Counted from the stretch's first letter, positions 1-13,534 are shown. The stretch: DNA of 64,000 bases from Octopus bimaculoides (GCF_001194135.2 NC_068998.1:9816955-9880954), one strand, 5' to 3'. Notes: a model not told the origin generated them from the sequence alone. Numbers and translations: made by a program.

Positions 1-1520
1 GAATATTTGCATTCGCTCTTTACCTAGTTTTGTTTGTTTTTTTTTTTGTATTTATTTTTGCATTATATATATAATACGTATATATATATATATATATATA
101 CACACACATTTATATAATATATATGTATTCATACTCATACATAAATATCTACACGCACATACACATATATGTGTATATCTATATATGTAAATGACTGCAG
201 TTTTCAAGCTGAAACTGGTTAAAGAGTTTATACACACACACACACACACATATATATGTATATATGTGCGTGTATGTATGTATATATATACATACACGCA
301 TGCACACATATATATATATATATATATATATAAATGCATATACATATATACATACAATTATTATACGTGTATATATCCCTTAGATACACACGCACATACT
401 CCTATAACGTTTATATATTTATACAACACATGTAAGCATATTTAACGATTTGTGACTATGTATGTGTGTATGTGTGAGTGAGCGTGTGTGTGTGTGTGTG
501 TGTGTTTGTGCAACATTTCTGCAGTTGTATTTGTGTGTGAACACATGGGCCGCCCACATATCCAAACACGCGAGTACACACATGGGCCATCCGCTTCTAT
601 AGTTTCACGTAAAAGCAAATACACACACATACATAGATGTTCTCATACACGCACAATATGTACGTCCATTGTTATACATACGCACACGCGCACATACATA
701 CATAGAAATTTTCATACACAGACCCACATACATTGTGATACTCACACACACTCGTATATACAAACATAAGTGTATCGTGATGCACACATAGAACATATAT
801 ATATATAAACATACACATATACGGATACAAGTATATCTACAATATTTACACAGGTTAAACTGTAAATCAAACTTTCTACTTTTTTCTTTCTCTCTATATC
901 TCTCACACAAAAACAAATTTAACACACACGCACACACACATAGTTATATACAAACACAGACATTTCTAGCCGCAGAGGCACTTATATACACAAACATATT
1001 AAGATACATACATATAAAGAAAGATATAAACATATACACACTATGAAAAGCTACTCCACAGAATAGCTTACCGGTATAAAACGAAATCACACACAGCTAT
1101 TAAACGGATTCATGAAGACACGCAAACATAGAAAGGAAAACGGATATTTCATGCGCAAACTATCATACAGTCACACAGCCACACACACGCACATAGACAC
1201 AAACAGACTGACACACAAACAGACACATAGACAATCAGACATACACAAACACATACACACACACACACACGGTCGCCCGCGCGCGCACTGGCGGACACGC
1301 GCACGCATGCACACAGTGACATATGTATACAATTACACTGAAAGCCGCCTTTATGCTTCCATCAGTAGTAACACACCCACTAACGCACACACGCACTGAG
1401 GAGTGCGCGCACACACACATAAGCAGACTTTACGCATACGTAGATAATCCATCGTTGTACAGACTCACAAAACCGCACTACTAAATTCAATTATATACAC
1501 ACACACTGACACACGTACAC

Positions 1521-1563
<43 letters not shown>

Positions 1564-1760
1564 TACATAGAGAGGAAAACCAGTCGCTGAGATTGCAAGA
1601 CTCGGCTTGCCTTGCTCGTAAAGAGCAGAAGTACAAATTTATATCGGAAGGTTAGTTTTGATCTGGTCATTTTATTATTAAAAACAAAACCATATATTTA
1701 ATACCTTTGTGCCATTAATGCTCGTATGAATACATATACAAATAGATAGAACAATGCTTA

Positions 1761-1798
<38 letters not shown>

Positions 1799-2019
1799 AA
1801 ACACGTATTATAACTTTACACTGTGTATGTAGATATGTATATATATATTTATATACTTTTAACTTAATAGATACGTTACATACATTAATATTTGTATATG
1901 TATATGTTAAATATATGTATACATTGTTTATTATATACCATTTAATGTGTAACTATATACATGTTTTTAATGCAATGTTTATCTATTTATCTATCTATCT
2001 ATCTATCTGTTCTGTCCTG

Positions 2020-2056
<37 letters not shown>

Positions 2057-2233
2057 ATACACACACATATGTGTACGTATATTCTTACACACATACACGT
2101 GTGTTTTGACTTATTCTTTTAATATTATTCGTGTTTGTATAGATTTAGTTTAATTTATTATAAAAATCTTTTAATTCTTAATATGTACTTATATACATAA
2201 ATAGCTATGTATCTGTCTTTAAATGTATGTATG

Positions 2234-2269
<36 letters not shown>

Positions 2270-2288
2270 CATTTATATATCTACGGTG

Positions 2289-2345
<57 letters not shown>

Positions 2346-2640
2346 AACATACGTACGTACATATGTATTAAGAAAGTATGACTAGTATAAGAAGACAGTA
2401 CGGGAGCGACAAGTTTTAACAAATGTATTAGTTTAGTTTATGTATACACATATTCATATTTATTCATGAATGCATATATATATACAGTGAAGGAAATGGA
2501 TATTAATAATTTGGGTTACATTGATGTCTGAGTGACATTAAGTTGGGAAGGTGGGGCAAGTGAAAATCTACCTCCTTCGGGAACCGAATAAGGGAACACC
2601 TTCCTTCTACGTACCCAGCCCTATTTCCAAGAAAGTGTGC

Positions 2641-2671
<31 letters not shown>

Positions 2672-3225
2672 TGTATTGTATTGTATGTGTGTATATTTAT
2701 GCACACGTATGCATGTATGTGTGCGTCTGTCTGTCTATGCATGTTTATATCTAGCTGCCTGTGTGTGTATGTATATATGTATGTATATATATGTGTGTGG
2801 TATGCATTTATGTATCTGTCTGTCTGCCTGTCTGTTTATGCATGTATATATCTAGTTGTGTATGTATCTATTCGTGTACACATATACATATATGTATACA
2901 CACAATAAACACGCACATTGATACACACGGGCAAGACACGTAACTTGTATATTCCAAATGTGTTGTCAAACAATAGAAGATATTTGTGGCTATTATTATT
3001 TTTATGTAAACACGTGTATATATCTATCTGTTTATCCACAGATAATCTTTTTTATGTTTTATACGGTATAATACATACATACATACATATATATATACAT
3101 GTACGTATGTGTGTATGTATGTATGTATATACATACCCAATATACGCGCTTAACTATATGGATGGATGAATAGATGCATATATATATATTTATTGGCTAA
3201 ACTGGCAATATGACCATCCCCAAGT

Positions 3226-3276
<51 letters not shown>

Positions 3277-3479
3277 NNNNNNNNNNNNNNNNNNNNNNNN
3301 NNNNNNNNNNNNNNNNNNNNNNNNNNNNNNNNNNNNNNNNNNNNNNNNNNNNNNNNNNNNNNNNNNNNNNNNNNNNNNNNNNNNNNNNNNNNNNNNNNNN
3401 NNNNNNNNNNNNNNNNNNNNNNNNNNNNNNNNNNNNNNNNNNNNNNNNNNNNNNNNNNNNNNNNNNNNNNNNNNNNNNN

Positions 3480-3526
<47 letters not shown>

Positions 3527-3545
3527 TGTATGTATGTCTGTACAT

Positions 3546-3610
<65 letters not shown>

Positions 3611-3660
3611 CACGCATATATATATATGTATGTATATAACGTGTGTAGCAGGTATTTAAA
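1..3660. repeat. Compound microsatellite field: (TA)n, (CA)n, (TATG)n, (CTAT)n
   Basis: Direct inspection. Confidence 0.95.
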
Positions 3661-4126
3661 TCGTCGAACATTCTATGAGTCAACTAGAGAATCTCTACGC
3701 GATCTTGAAACCGGCCAGAAATAGCAGCCAAATCTCCCTCAAATGACACACTACCGTTTTAATAATAATGATAATAATAATTATTATTATTGTTCACTGT
3801 AATTTTGGCAGAAGGCCAGCAATTTTAGGAGAAGGAGGAGGGGTCAAGTCAATTACATCGACCCCTAGTGATCAACTGGTATTTATTTTATCAATCCGGA
3901 AGGATGAAAGGCTAAGTGACTTCGGCGGAATTTTAACTCGGGGAGGGGCAATAATAATAATAATAGTTTTTGATATAGGCACAAGAGCAGCACTTTTTAG
4001 GAGACGCTGTTAGTCGATGCCATCACGCCCTCTTCCCGCAAATAATAAAGAATAATAATTAATAATAAATACATCGGGTGATGTAGAAAACCCTTAAAAA
4101 CTAGGAGATGATGACAGCTTCTAGGC

Positions 4127-4257
4127 CAGACGCGGGCGACCCTTTTCTGGAGGATCAGTCCGCGTGAGACATGGTTTATCATCTGGCGGGCCGCACTGCT
4201 AAAAAACTCAAGGTAATTTTTTATGAAGTCTCGCGGACCTTATGTTGCCCACGACTG
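4127..4257. mobile_element. hAT (Charlie-type) MITE, 131 bp
   Basis: Perfect 8-bp TSD TTCTAGGC at 4119-4126 and 4258-4265. Ends CAGACGCGGGCGAC / GTTGCCCACGACTG. Confidence 0.85.
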
Positions 4258-4951
4258 TTCTAGGCCTTTGATGGTTTGTTTCTGCTCGAATAGGATTAAC
4301 ATATGGGGCATACGAACGATCATACCCTTCTCTTCACTAAGAAATTCACCTCGATATCTAAGAGAAAGCGAATGAAAGACATTTTATTGGACAAATTGAG
4401 AAAATTAGTCGCACGTTTAATAGTGCTATTACTGTACTTTCAGACTATCGATAGATTTTTGTTAGATAATACAGTATAAAGTATTAGACTGATGTAAACA
4501 TCACCTTGTCGTTAAATATACAATGAATTTACATGGACGGGACAAAATGGGAAGGAGAGGTAGAAGGTTACGATAATTTTTAAATAATAAATAATTCACA
4601 AGGATATTAAAATATATCACTCATCCTCATGGAAAACCTTAAGAAATAAATATATTAATAAGAAAAATATCTTGCAATCTATGTGTAATAAACGAAAATT
4701 CAAGGTGATGTATGTTTGTTTAGTAAAATGTGTTTTGATTTTATTGTTCGTGGGAAACGGTTTTCTTTGTCACAAATATACTTGTTCTTTCTCGACATAC
4801 TTAGGAAATTCCCACCATCGGTCGGGGTTTGATTACGTCTGTGGGTATCCATTAAGTTTTATATACATTGATACACGCATGCATACATATACACGATGTG
4901 TGTGTATATATATATTATATATATAGAAATATTAATATTTCTAAGTATCTC

Positions 4952-5197
4952 TTTACTTGTTTTAGTCATTTGACTGCGGCCATGCTGGAGCACCGCACTT
5001 AGTAGAACAAATCGACCCCAGGACTTATTGTTTGTGAGCTTAGTACTTATTCTATGGGTCTCTTTTGCCGAACCGCTAAGTTAGAGGGACGCACACACAC
5101 CAGCATCAGTTGTCTAGCGATGGTGGGGGACAAACACAGACACACAAACACACACACAAATTATATATATATATATATATATATACACGACGGGCTT
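4952..5197 (-). mobile_element. SINE family A, 3' half
   Basis: Reverse complement of the family A tail and internal microsatellite. Confidence 0.88.
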
Positions 5198-6290
5198 CAT
5201 ATATTAAGATGCCTGTGCATAATTTAATACACGTACATATACATGTATATAGCATACATATGCAGACATGGACGGATAGTTTTGTGTGTGTACAAAAAAC
5301 ACTCATGCACATTTGTGTCTGGGTATATATATAAACACTCATGCACATTGATGTGTGTGTGTGTGTATGCGTATGACTGTGCGTGTGTGTGGGGTATGGG
5401 AGGGTGTGTGTGTGGTTCATAAATTATCTTTACAACTTCCACAATTTATTGTATCAAATTGTAAAAGTAATTTATGGACACTCTGTACATATAGACACAC
5501 GTATACATATACACACACATACATACTTATACACATCGCACACACAAACATACATACTTACACACACTTTATGCATGCATACACTATGTTTGTGCCTGTT
5601 TCTCTTAACATTGTCTGAACATATAGCTTGTCTCGTGATATTTCCAGGGGACCTTTACGTCTCCTTTTGGGAACCGTTCACCTCATTTCTACTGCGAATG
5701 ACCTTGAGAAAGGCACAAACATCACAGCCATCCCAAAGCACCCTACTCCATCCCTTCGTTCTGTTAACATAAGGGGTTTCAAATTATTCTTCTACTCTTA
5801 TATTAAACGTGGTGTAACATTTTTTTTTTTCAAGTTTTCCCAAAATAGAAATTAGGGTATCTTTTCCCTATGCGTAGGGAGTCAGATTTTTATGATAGCG
5901 TTAAGGGGCTGGCGTATTTATTGTGATACGTTAATATCATGTTATAAGGCATGCGATAGTTACACAACTTCCTCTACCGAAACCAAAGTTTTTTTCTTTC
6001 ATTCCCGAAGCTATTGAAAGATGTCTTGTCTTATTGTATTTCTGTCCAGCGTCCAATAACGAAAGAGTACTCTTCTCCGATTAGAAATGGTGACTATACG
6101 GAAACCCTCACCCTACACCAAAATATTGGTCACATGAACACACACACACAACCCCCCCCATACACACATTTCGCTTAGATATTATTTTATTTTTTTTACT
6201 TGTTTCAGTCATTTGACTGCGGCCATATTGGAGCACCGCCTTGAAGGTTTTAATCGAACAGATCGATCCCAGGAGTTTTTTTTTAATCGT

Positions 6291-6590
6291 GGAGGCCCAG
6301 TGGTTAGGGCAGCGGACTCGCGGTCATAGGATCGTGGTTCGATTCCCAGACCGGGCGTTGTGAGTGTTTATTGAGCGAAAACACCTAAAGCTCCACGAGG
6401 CTCCGGCAGTATCTTCTACTATTGCCTCGGGTTGACCAAAGCCTTGTGAGTGGATTTGGTAGACGGAAACTGAAAGAAGCCCGTCATGTGTTGTGTGTGT
6501 ATGTTCCCCCGTCACCGCTTGAGAACCAGTGTTGGTGTGTTTTCGTCCCCGTAACTGAGCGGTTCGGCAAAACTGTCTGATAGAATAAGT
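6291..6590 (+). mobile_element. Chimera: family B head (6291-6409) fused to family A body (6410-6590)
   Basis: Junction CTCCGGCAG|TATCTTCTACT with GGCA(A)G microhomology. Confidence 0.85.
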
Positions 6591-6951
6591 TTTGTTGTTG
6601 GCACTCCGTCGCTTACGACGTCGAGGGTTCCAGTTGATCCGATCAACGGAACAGCCTGCTCGTGAAATTAACGTGCAAGTGGCTGAGCACTCCACAGACA
6701 CGTGTACCCTTAACGTAGTTCTCGGGGATAGTGTGACAAGGCTGGCCATTTGAATTACAGGTACAACAGAAGCAAGAAGAAAGAGTGGGAGAAAGCTGTG
6801 GTGAAAAAGTACAGCAGAATCCCCTGCCGGAGCCTTGTGGAGCTTTAGGTGTTTTCGCTCAATAAACACTCACAACGCCCGGTCTGGGAATCGAAACCGC
6901 GATTCTATGACCGCGAGTCCGCTGCCCTAACCACTGGGCCATTGCGCCTCC
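6591..6951 (-). mobile_element. SINE family B, near full-length
   Basis: Reverse complement of 22260-22648 with small deletions. Confidence 0.92.
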
Positions 6952-7714
6952 ACTAGTACAGAGCGTAATATGAAATCAAACGACAAAGGAACGGGAAATT
7001 GTGCTATGAACCTCATTAGCTTATTCATAAGTTTCTGTATTTATGATGCTATGCACTCTGAGCTGATTGCTTGCTCATTACCTTATAGCTTTCAATATAA
7101 TTTCCTTTTCCTTTGAAATTTATACACACACACACACTACAAAATTAAAATACACAAAATATTCAACTCTNNNNNNNNNNNNNNNNNNNNNNNNNNNNNN
7201 NNNNNNNNNNNNNNNNNNNNNNNNNNNNNNNNNNNNNNNNNNNNNNNNNNNNNNNNNNNNNNNNNNNNNNNNNNNNNNNNNNNNNNNNNNNNNNNNNNNN
7301 NNNNNNNNNNNNNNNNNNNNNNNNNNNNNNNNNNNNNNNNNNNNNNNNNNNNNNNNNNNNNNNNNNNNNNNNNNNNNNNNNNNNNNNNNNNNNNNNNNNN
7401 NNNNNNNNNNNNNNNNNNNNNNNNNNNNNNNNNNNNNNNNNNNNNNNNNNNNNNNNNNNNNNNNNNNNNNNNNNNNNNNNNNNNNNNNNNNNNNNNNNNN
7501 NNNNNNNNNNNNNNNNNNNNNNNNNNNNNNNNNNNNNNNNNNNNNNNNNNNNNNNNNNNNNNNNNNNNNNNNNNNNNNNNNNNNNNNNNNNNNNNNNNNN
7601 NNNNNNNNNNNNNNNNNNNNNNNNNNNNNNNNNNNNNNNNNNNNNNNNNNNNNNNNNNNNNNNNNNNNNNNNNNNNNNNNNNNNNNNNNNNNNNNNNNNN
7701 NNNNNNNNNNNNNN

Positions 7715-7910
7715 TGATGACGAAAATCACATTCTTTTTTTCTTCTTTCTACAAGCATTTAAAATTAACAAGTGGTTTCAAATTTCCACTAGATTATTTT
7801 CAAAAAAATGTAGTTCTGATGTAAATTTGTGATGACGAAAATCCCACTCGTTCTTTTTTTTTTTTTTAGTCTACAAGCATTAAAAATTAGCAAGTGGTTG
7901 GAAGAAATTT
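7715..7910 (+). repeat. Diverged tandem duplication, ~115-bp period
   Basis: TGATGACGAAAATC..CTACAAGCATT.AAAATTA.CAAGTGGTT occurs at 7715 and 7830. Confidence 0.8.
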
Positions 7911-8931
7911 AACAAGATCCGTTTGCCTATCTAGGACTACATTGTACTATGTATCCTTCCAATTTTGAAGCCTGAATAGTATGAATTGTAAAAACTTGGC
8001 TGCTATTTTTAGTAGGCCGAACGACCACTTGGTGCAAAGGACAGGGGACCTTTTAAATACGAAGGTGTAATTGCAAATGCAAGAACCTAGTGTGGCTCCA
8101 TCTGTGCTAAGAAAAAATAATGCACCTTTAATTTTACAAATTCATAGGGCTTCAGCTTATATAAACTAGCTGGTCTCGTGGAAACTGCATATTTTATAGA
8201 TGTTTTAATGCTTAAATTTAGCAAAGTTCTTGGATTTATCCGTAATCCACGACCTCCAGTGTAAAACAGAAGGGGCCCCATATAGAAACGATATGCTATA
8301 TTCACCCAATTTACAGATAAATCTACTTTACGTAACTCTTAGGATAAATTAAACTGTGTTAATTGCCGTTTTAGATGGTTTTTTTTTCATGACAGAAAAC
8401 GCTACAATAGACATTCGGAGATTCCAAATGTTTAGTGCAAATATGGTTTTATAAATCAATAATGGAGCCTGTAATTACTAAAACTAATAAAACTAAATCA
8501 CCATTTTATTGTACATCTATCCTCGTTTATCACGGGGGTTTGGTTAATGACCCTAAAAAAAAAAACAGTGATAAATGAATCACCTATAGGCATTTTTTAA
8601 AAGAATGAATGGTAAATTGACACGAAACTCGCGGCCTACAGCAGTGAAACTTCCACCGTCTGCGTCGTTGTTAGGATTAGGTTCCGTCGTATAGTTTTCT
8701 TTTCACTGGTCTCATGTTGATAGGCACGTAATACACAGACTTGCAACACGGTCGTGTAAGTACAAGCTATTTTCAGTGTATTCTATATAGTTGAGCATTG
8801 TGTATGGTCGCTGAGGCACGTTTTTTTTGTTTCTTTTGTGTGTGCTACAAGCAGAACTTTTGATTGGTTGCCGACCTGTGTTAACACACATCAAGTCGTG
8901 ATAAGCGTAACATTGTTCACAATTGAGTATA

Positions 8932-9316
8932 GGCGCAGGAGTGGCTGTGTGGTAGGTAGCTTGCTTACCAACCACATGGTTCCGGGTTCAGTCCCACTGC
9001 GTGACACCTTGGGCAAGTGTCTTCTGCTATAGCCTCGGGCCGACCAAAGCCTTGTGAGTGGATTTGGTAGACGGAAACTGAAAGAAGCCCGTCGTATATA
9101 TGTATATATATATGTATGTGTGTGTGTTTGTCCCTCCAACATCGCTTGACAACCGATGCTGGTGTGTTTACGTCCCCACAACTGAGCGGTTCGGCAAAAC
9201 AGACCGATAGAATAAGTACTAGGCTTACAAAGAACAAGTCCTGGGGTCGATTTGGTCGACTAAAGGCGGTGCTCCAGCATGGCCGCAGTCAAATGACTGA
9301 AGCAAGTAAAAGAGTA
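8932..9316 (+). mobile_element. SINE family A, full-length young copy (tRNA-like head, internal (TA)/(TG) microsatellite, CR1-type tail)
   Basis: A-box-like TGGCTGTGTGG, B-box-like GGTTCAGTCCC, CCTTGGGCAAGT core, tail GGTGCTCCAGCATGGCCGCAGTCAAATGACTGAAGCAAGTAAAAGA, possible TSD GAGTAT. About 20 related copies or halves in the window. Confidence 0.92.
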
Positions 9317-10343
9317 TGCCACATTATACCGCTCGATCAGAGAAAAATGGATCAGTGGTAATCGAGGCTACATGTATAATTTATAAACAATAAAACACCA
9401 TTTCTTCAAACATTTTGTAGACTCGTGGAGTCCAGCATATCGTTTCTATGTAGTCGCTTCTGTTTTGAACTCGAAGTCGTTGTTTACCTTCATATTCGAC
9501 ACCTTTACCCATAAATTTATAGATGTTCACAGCAATGTTTCATTACGTTAGAGGTCTGGATTATCTTTTCGATTTCGTTCCATAGTTGAGGATGTTTAAA
9601 GCGTACAACTCGAGTATATATCGTGATAAAGAGAATAATATGTACATTACTGTTTCGGTCTGAAGGCTTAACGAAACTGTTCTTTATATATATATATATA
9701 TATATATATACGTTCTTCTTAAAAATCTTCCTTAGCAGCTATTTCCAAATTTGAATGTAAGCGACGAGTTTCCCTCGTTGTTTTGCAAGTTCCCATTTTT
9801 GTTGTAGAGTTTTTGACAATGATAGAAAACAGTGAAATGTAAATGTTACAAAAATTAGAAACCAGTTTGTTTCCTCTATATTTACTGATTTCCCGACGTT
9901 CTCAGCAGTTTATTGTTTATGGAAACTCTGTGTGTGTGTGTGTGTGTGTGTGCCTGTGTGTGTGCGGCGTGCATTCGAAATCTCAAGCAGATGAAAGACA
10001 TTGTCGAATGTGTGTGTGTGTGTGTGTGAGTGTTCGGCAATCACCGGCACACGAAAAACATTGCCGAAAACACATATATAAAATAAACATATCTTAAATT
10101 TTTCCGGAAACTGCCGAGAACGTCCGTGAATCAGCTGGCAAAATTTTGACAGTTACCATATTTATACCCAAAGAATGCCTACAAACATCGTTAGAATACG
10201 AATGAATGCAACAACTCTCCATTTTAATGTCACCTTCTAAACTCAATTTAGCTAGCTTGTATGATTACTGCATGTCTGACAAAGACGAAATGGTTTCGAC
10301 CGGAAATGGTCGTAAGGTCGTCTGCTCGATCAAGGTTCTAAAG

Positions 10344-10570
10344 CAGTGGTTCTTAATAATTTTTTGCCTGTGGACTCCTGTGTTTCCGATTTTATTTGGA
10401 TGGATCCTCATAGCCATTCGAGGTTTAAAATATCCTGTTAGAATTTTAGAATTAGATATCATTAGAAATTGTATAAACAAAAATATTTGGTGTAATATAG
10501 AAGTATGAACAATTTATTGCATATAAATTTTAGCAACTAAATCTTTTATGGGCTCTAGTTGAGAACGATA
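10344..10570 (+). mobile_element. Degenerate hAT MITE (same family as 15422-16095)
   Basis: Starts CAGTGGTTCTTAA..TGGAC(T/C)CC, ends near GTTGAGAAC. Internal similarity to the 15.4 kb copy. Confidence 0.6.
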
Positions 10571-11099
10571 ACAAATAATTTTAGGGCTAGGGGTTCTCAA
10601 GTTGAGGTACGCATACACCTAGAGACACACGCAAAATTTGTAAAAACACTGCACTTCCGAAGTGATCACAAATCACAGCGTTATGTATTTAGAAAATGTG
10701 TGGAGAGCCTTTTCAGGCCTTGTACCTGTAAAAAAAAAAAAGAGGAAAAAGGAACGGTTTGTGAGTTCGGTAGCCATGGTTAGACCACTGGGCCGGTTAA
10801 CGTATACGCAACATTCTTGGACACGCAAATTTTCAAAAGAAAACTAAAAACAGCACGGGAACTGGTAATTTAGAGCGTGTTTCTTTTTTGAATATATGAA
10901 CTTCTGACGATATATATATATATATATATATACGCGCGCGGTGTGTGTGTGTGTGGTTTCTGATTTGGCCACAAGTCAAGCGATTTTGAAGGATCCTTAT
11001 ACTTAACCGACTGGTACTTTATTGTACCGATTCTGAAAGGTGAATTTGACCTCATCGGAGTGTGTGTGTGTGTGTGTGTGTGCATGTATGTATGTTTAG

Positions 11100-11450
11100 A
11101 AGCCGCGTGGTTTTTTAATGACTAGGGCATTTGGCTGACGCTCGTAAAGTCCTGCATTCTATTCTCGGCGGTGCGTTGTGTCCTAGAATAAGCCACTATT
11201 TCTCGTTGCTGCAGTCCATTCAGCTGACAAAAACGAGTTGTACTTGTAGTTCAAAAAGCCAGCTTTATCGCATTCGCTCTTACGCCCAATCTCCCCGAGA
11301 ACTACGGTAAGGATACGCGTCTGTGCAGTGCTCAGCCATTTGCACGTTAATTTCACGAGCAGGCTGTTCCGTTGATTGGATCAACTGGAACACTCGTTGT
11401 CATAACCGACAGGGAGCCATATTGCGAACTCCTTCCATCAAATCGACATT
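11100..11450 (+). mobile_element. Older SINE sharing the family B 3' domain but with a different head and core
   Basis: CCCCGAGAACTACG..CTCAGCCA..CACGTTAATTTCACGAGCAGGCTGTTCCGTTGAT..GGATCAACTGGAAC matches family B; upstream part differs. Confidence 0.75.
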
Positions 11451-11604
11451 GCTTGGGATAGGCGCACAGTGTAGCACATGCTAGATGTTGCAGTGATGAA
11501 GTGTTTTGCTTACACATCACCTTGTCTGGGAATTGAAACCACGATTTTGCAACACCCAAACCACTAGGTTGCGCATACATACATACATACATACATACAT
11601 ACAT

Positions 11605-12105
11605 GAAATCAGCAGTCCTGCGGATGTCAACATCCCACTAAAGATTAGAGAAAAAGAGAACAACTACGCCGAGCTACTAAGAAATTTACAGATACTCCAC
11701 CCAGACTACAAGTTCAGATTCATACCCGTGATTGTTGGGCCATTGGGATATGTAATGAACTGCCTCAACAAAAACCTGGAAAAATTAGGTTTCTCAAAAC
11801 CTGAAAGAAAAAGGCTGATTAGAAGACTACAGATTCAAGCCATCAATGGAACTGTAAAGATATGTAAAACTTTCCAAAAATTTAGCACATAAATACATAT
11901 GCATGCATCTAGACATAAAAACGCATCCATAAAGCAAACATACAAATCTACGCATACACTAACACCAAATACTGCACACACACACACATATGCACAAATA
12001 CCTAGATGATGTTGATAAAAGTTCCAATGAAGGAGCCTTGAATCTATGTTAGAGTCCGGCTCTTTCTCTATGGACAAGAAATGCAGAAATGAAACTGATT
12101 GATAA
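11605..12105 (+). mobile_element. 5'-truncated RLE-type (R4/Dong-like) LINE end flanked by (CATA)n
   Basis: Open frame EISSPADVNIPLKIREKENNYAELLRNLQILHPDYKFRFIPVIVGPLG..INGTVKICKTF* fits a PD-(D/E)xK endonuclease C-terminus. About 210-bp 3' UTR; CATA repeats on both sides. Confidence 0.75.
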
Positions 12106-12844
12106 CATACATACAAACATGCTTGCATGTTGTGTATTTTAGCCTGAAGGATTGCTTGGAAGCAGAAAGTAGCTTGTATTTATGCTTGCCATCGGCATAA
12201 AAAGCACCCCGTGCCAGAACCACGGGGTGCTTTTTTTATGTGGCACCGCCTTGTGAGAGTGAATTTGGTAGACGAAAACTGAAACTGTGTGGAAGCCTGT
12301 CGTATACATGTGTGTGTGTGTGTTTGTGTGCGAATATATATGCACATATNNNNNNNNNNNNNCGGAAGCAGAAGGTAGTTGGTATTTAAGTACTATATGA
12401 CATTGATCATAGGTTCACTCGAGATAATCTGATAACCACAACTCCATTTTCTGAACTTTATCACTGAACTGATTTGTTTTTTTTTTACTGACGTCGACCG
12501 GTATTTTCCTCGGACTATAAATGTGTTGTTTTCCGATATAGCCTTGTTGAATTTAATTTCTCTTTATTGTGTCCTGAGAAGAATCTGGTCCTTCACTTTA
12601 AATTGCAAAAAACGTGCTGGTTTTCGGTGATGACGTAAATGACCTAATGGGTTATTGGACGTTTTAATGAATATACGAAACGAATAACGGATCGATGAAC
12701 GATGAAAGTAAGCAAGCAACTCGGGAATCGAAATCCAGTTCATAAAGCCATTTTACCAAGAGCTTTAGCCCTTGCGTTACGGAGGTCACTTATATGAGAC
12801 ATTACATAACTATGATTAAGGGTGAAAGATTCGCCGTGTAGCTG

Positions 12845-13168
12845 ATGTGTAGTTCAAAATGTATTCAGCCCGGAAATAAGTTTGGGTGGTCAAGCGTTTG
12901 CGTATCAGAAGAAAAAGATTGTAGTGAAAAAGGGCAGTCTTCTACAAGGCAAAATAAGTTATCTGGCGCTGCAACGTACAAAAATACTTTCAAAAATAGC
13001 TGGAAAGAAATTTATCCCATGAAAACTGTAAAATATGACCCTCATCGCGCTTCTTGTGTATGTATCCCTTGTTCAACAGAGTCACCATGCCATCACCAAG
13101 GACCTGCAGATGTGAAAAATCATCGTGCAAGTGACAAACGTAGAGCTGAGAAGGCAGCTGCTAATTAA
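12845..13168 (+). pseudogene. Remnant of a hAT-type transposase N-terminal BED-like zinc finger
   Basis: ORF segment YKNTFKNSWKEIYPMKTVKYDPHRASCVCIPCSTESPCHHQGPADVKNHRASDKR resembles the W..(F/Y)P....D...A.C..C......H.G..DV..H pattern I recall from hAT transposases. The last His is replaced and a stop follows. Confidence 0.55.
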
Positions 13169-13534
13169 AATAATAAGCACAAGAAAGATCAAAAGCTTAA
13201 ACCTGACTTGGTTGTTGTTATCTTATGTTATTGACTCTAAGGTTCCGCTGTTTGTGCTTCTGACTTGATTGGTTCCGTTATTTATGATCTAGCTTTGAGT
13301 TATATTTATACAATATACATTTGTTCTTTTCTATGATAAAAAAAAAAAGATTGATTTCAAATTTTGGAACAAGGCCAGCAATTTCGGGGGAGGGAGTAAG
13401 TCGATTACATCGACCTCTGTACTCAACTGGTACTTATTTTATCCATCGCCGAAGGACGACCTCGACAGCATATGAACTCTGAATGTAAAGACGGACGCAA
13501 TGCCGGAAACCGAAAGAAGTGTTTGTGTCTGTGT

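Noticed and set aside
5645-5820. Possible exon after TTTCCAG at 5647
   Set aside because: No convincing donor and no recognisable protein in any frame.
12199-12237. Rho-independent terminator, bacterial contamination or HGT
   Set aside because: Embedded in eukaryotic SINE sequence with no bacterial gene nearby.
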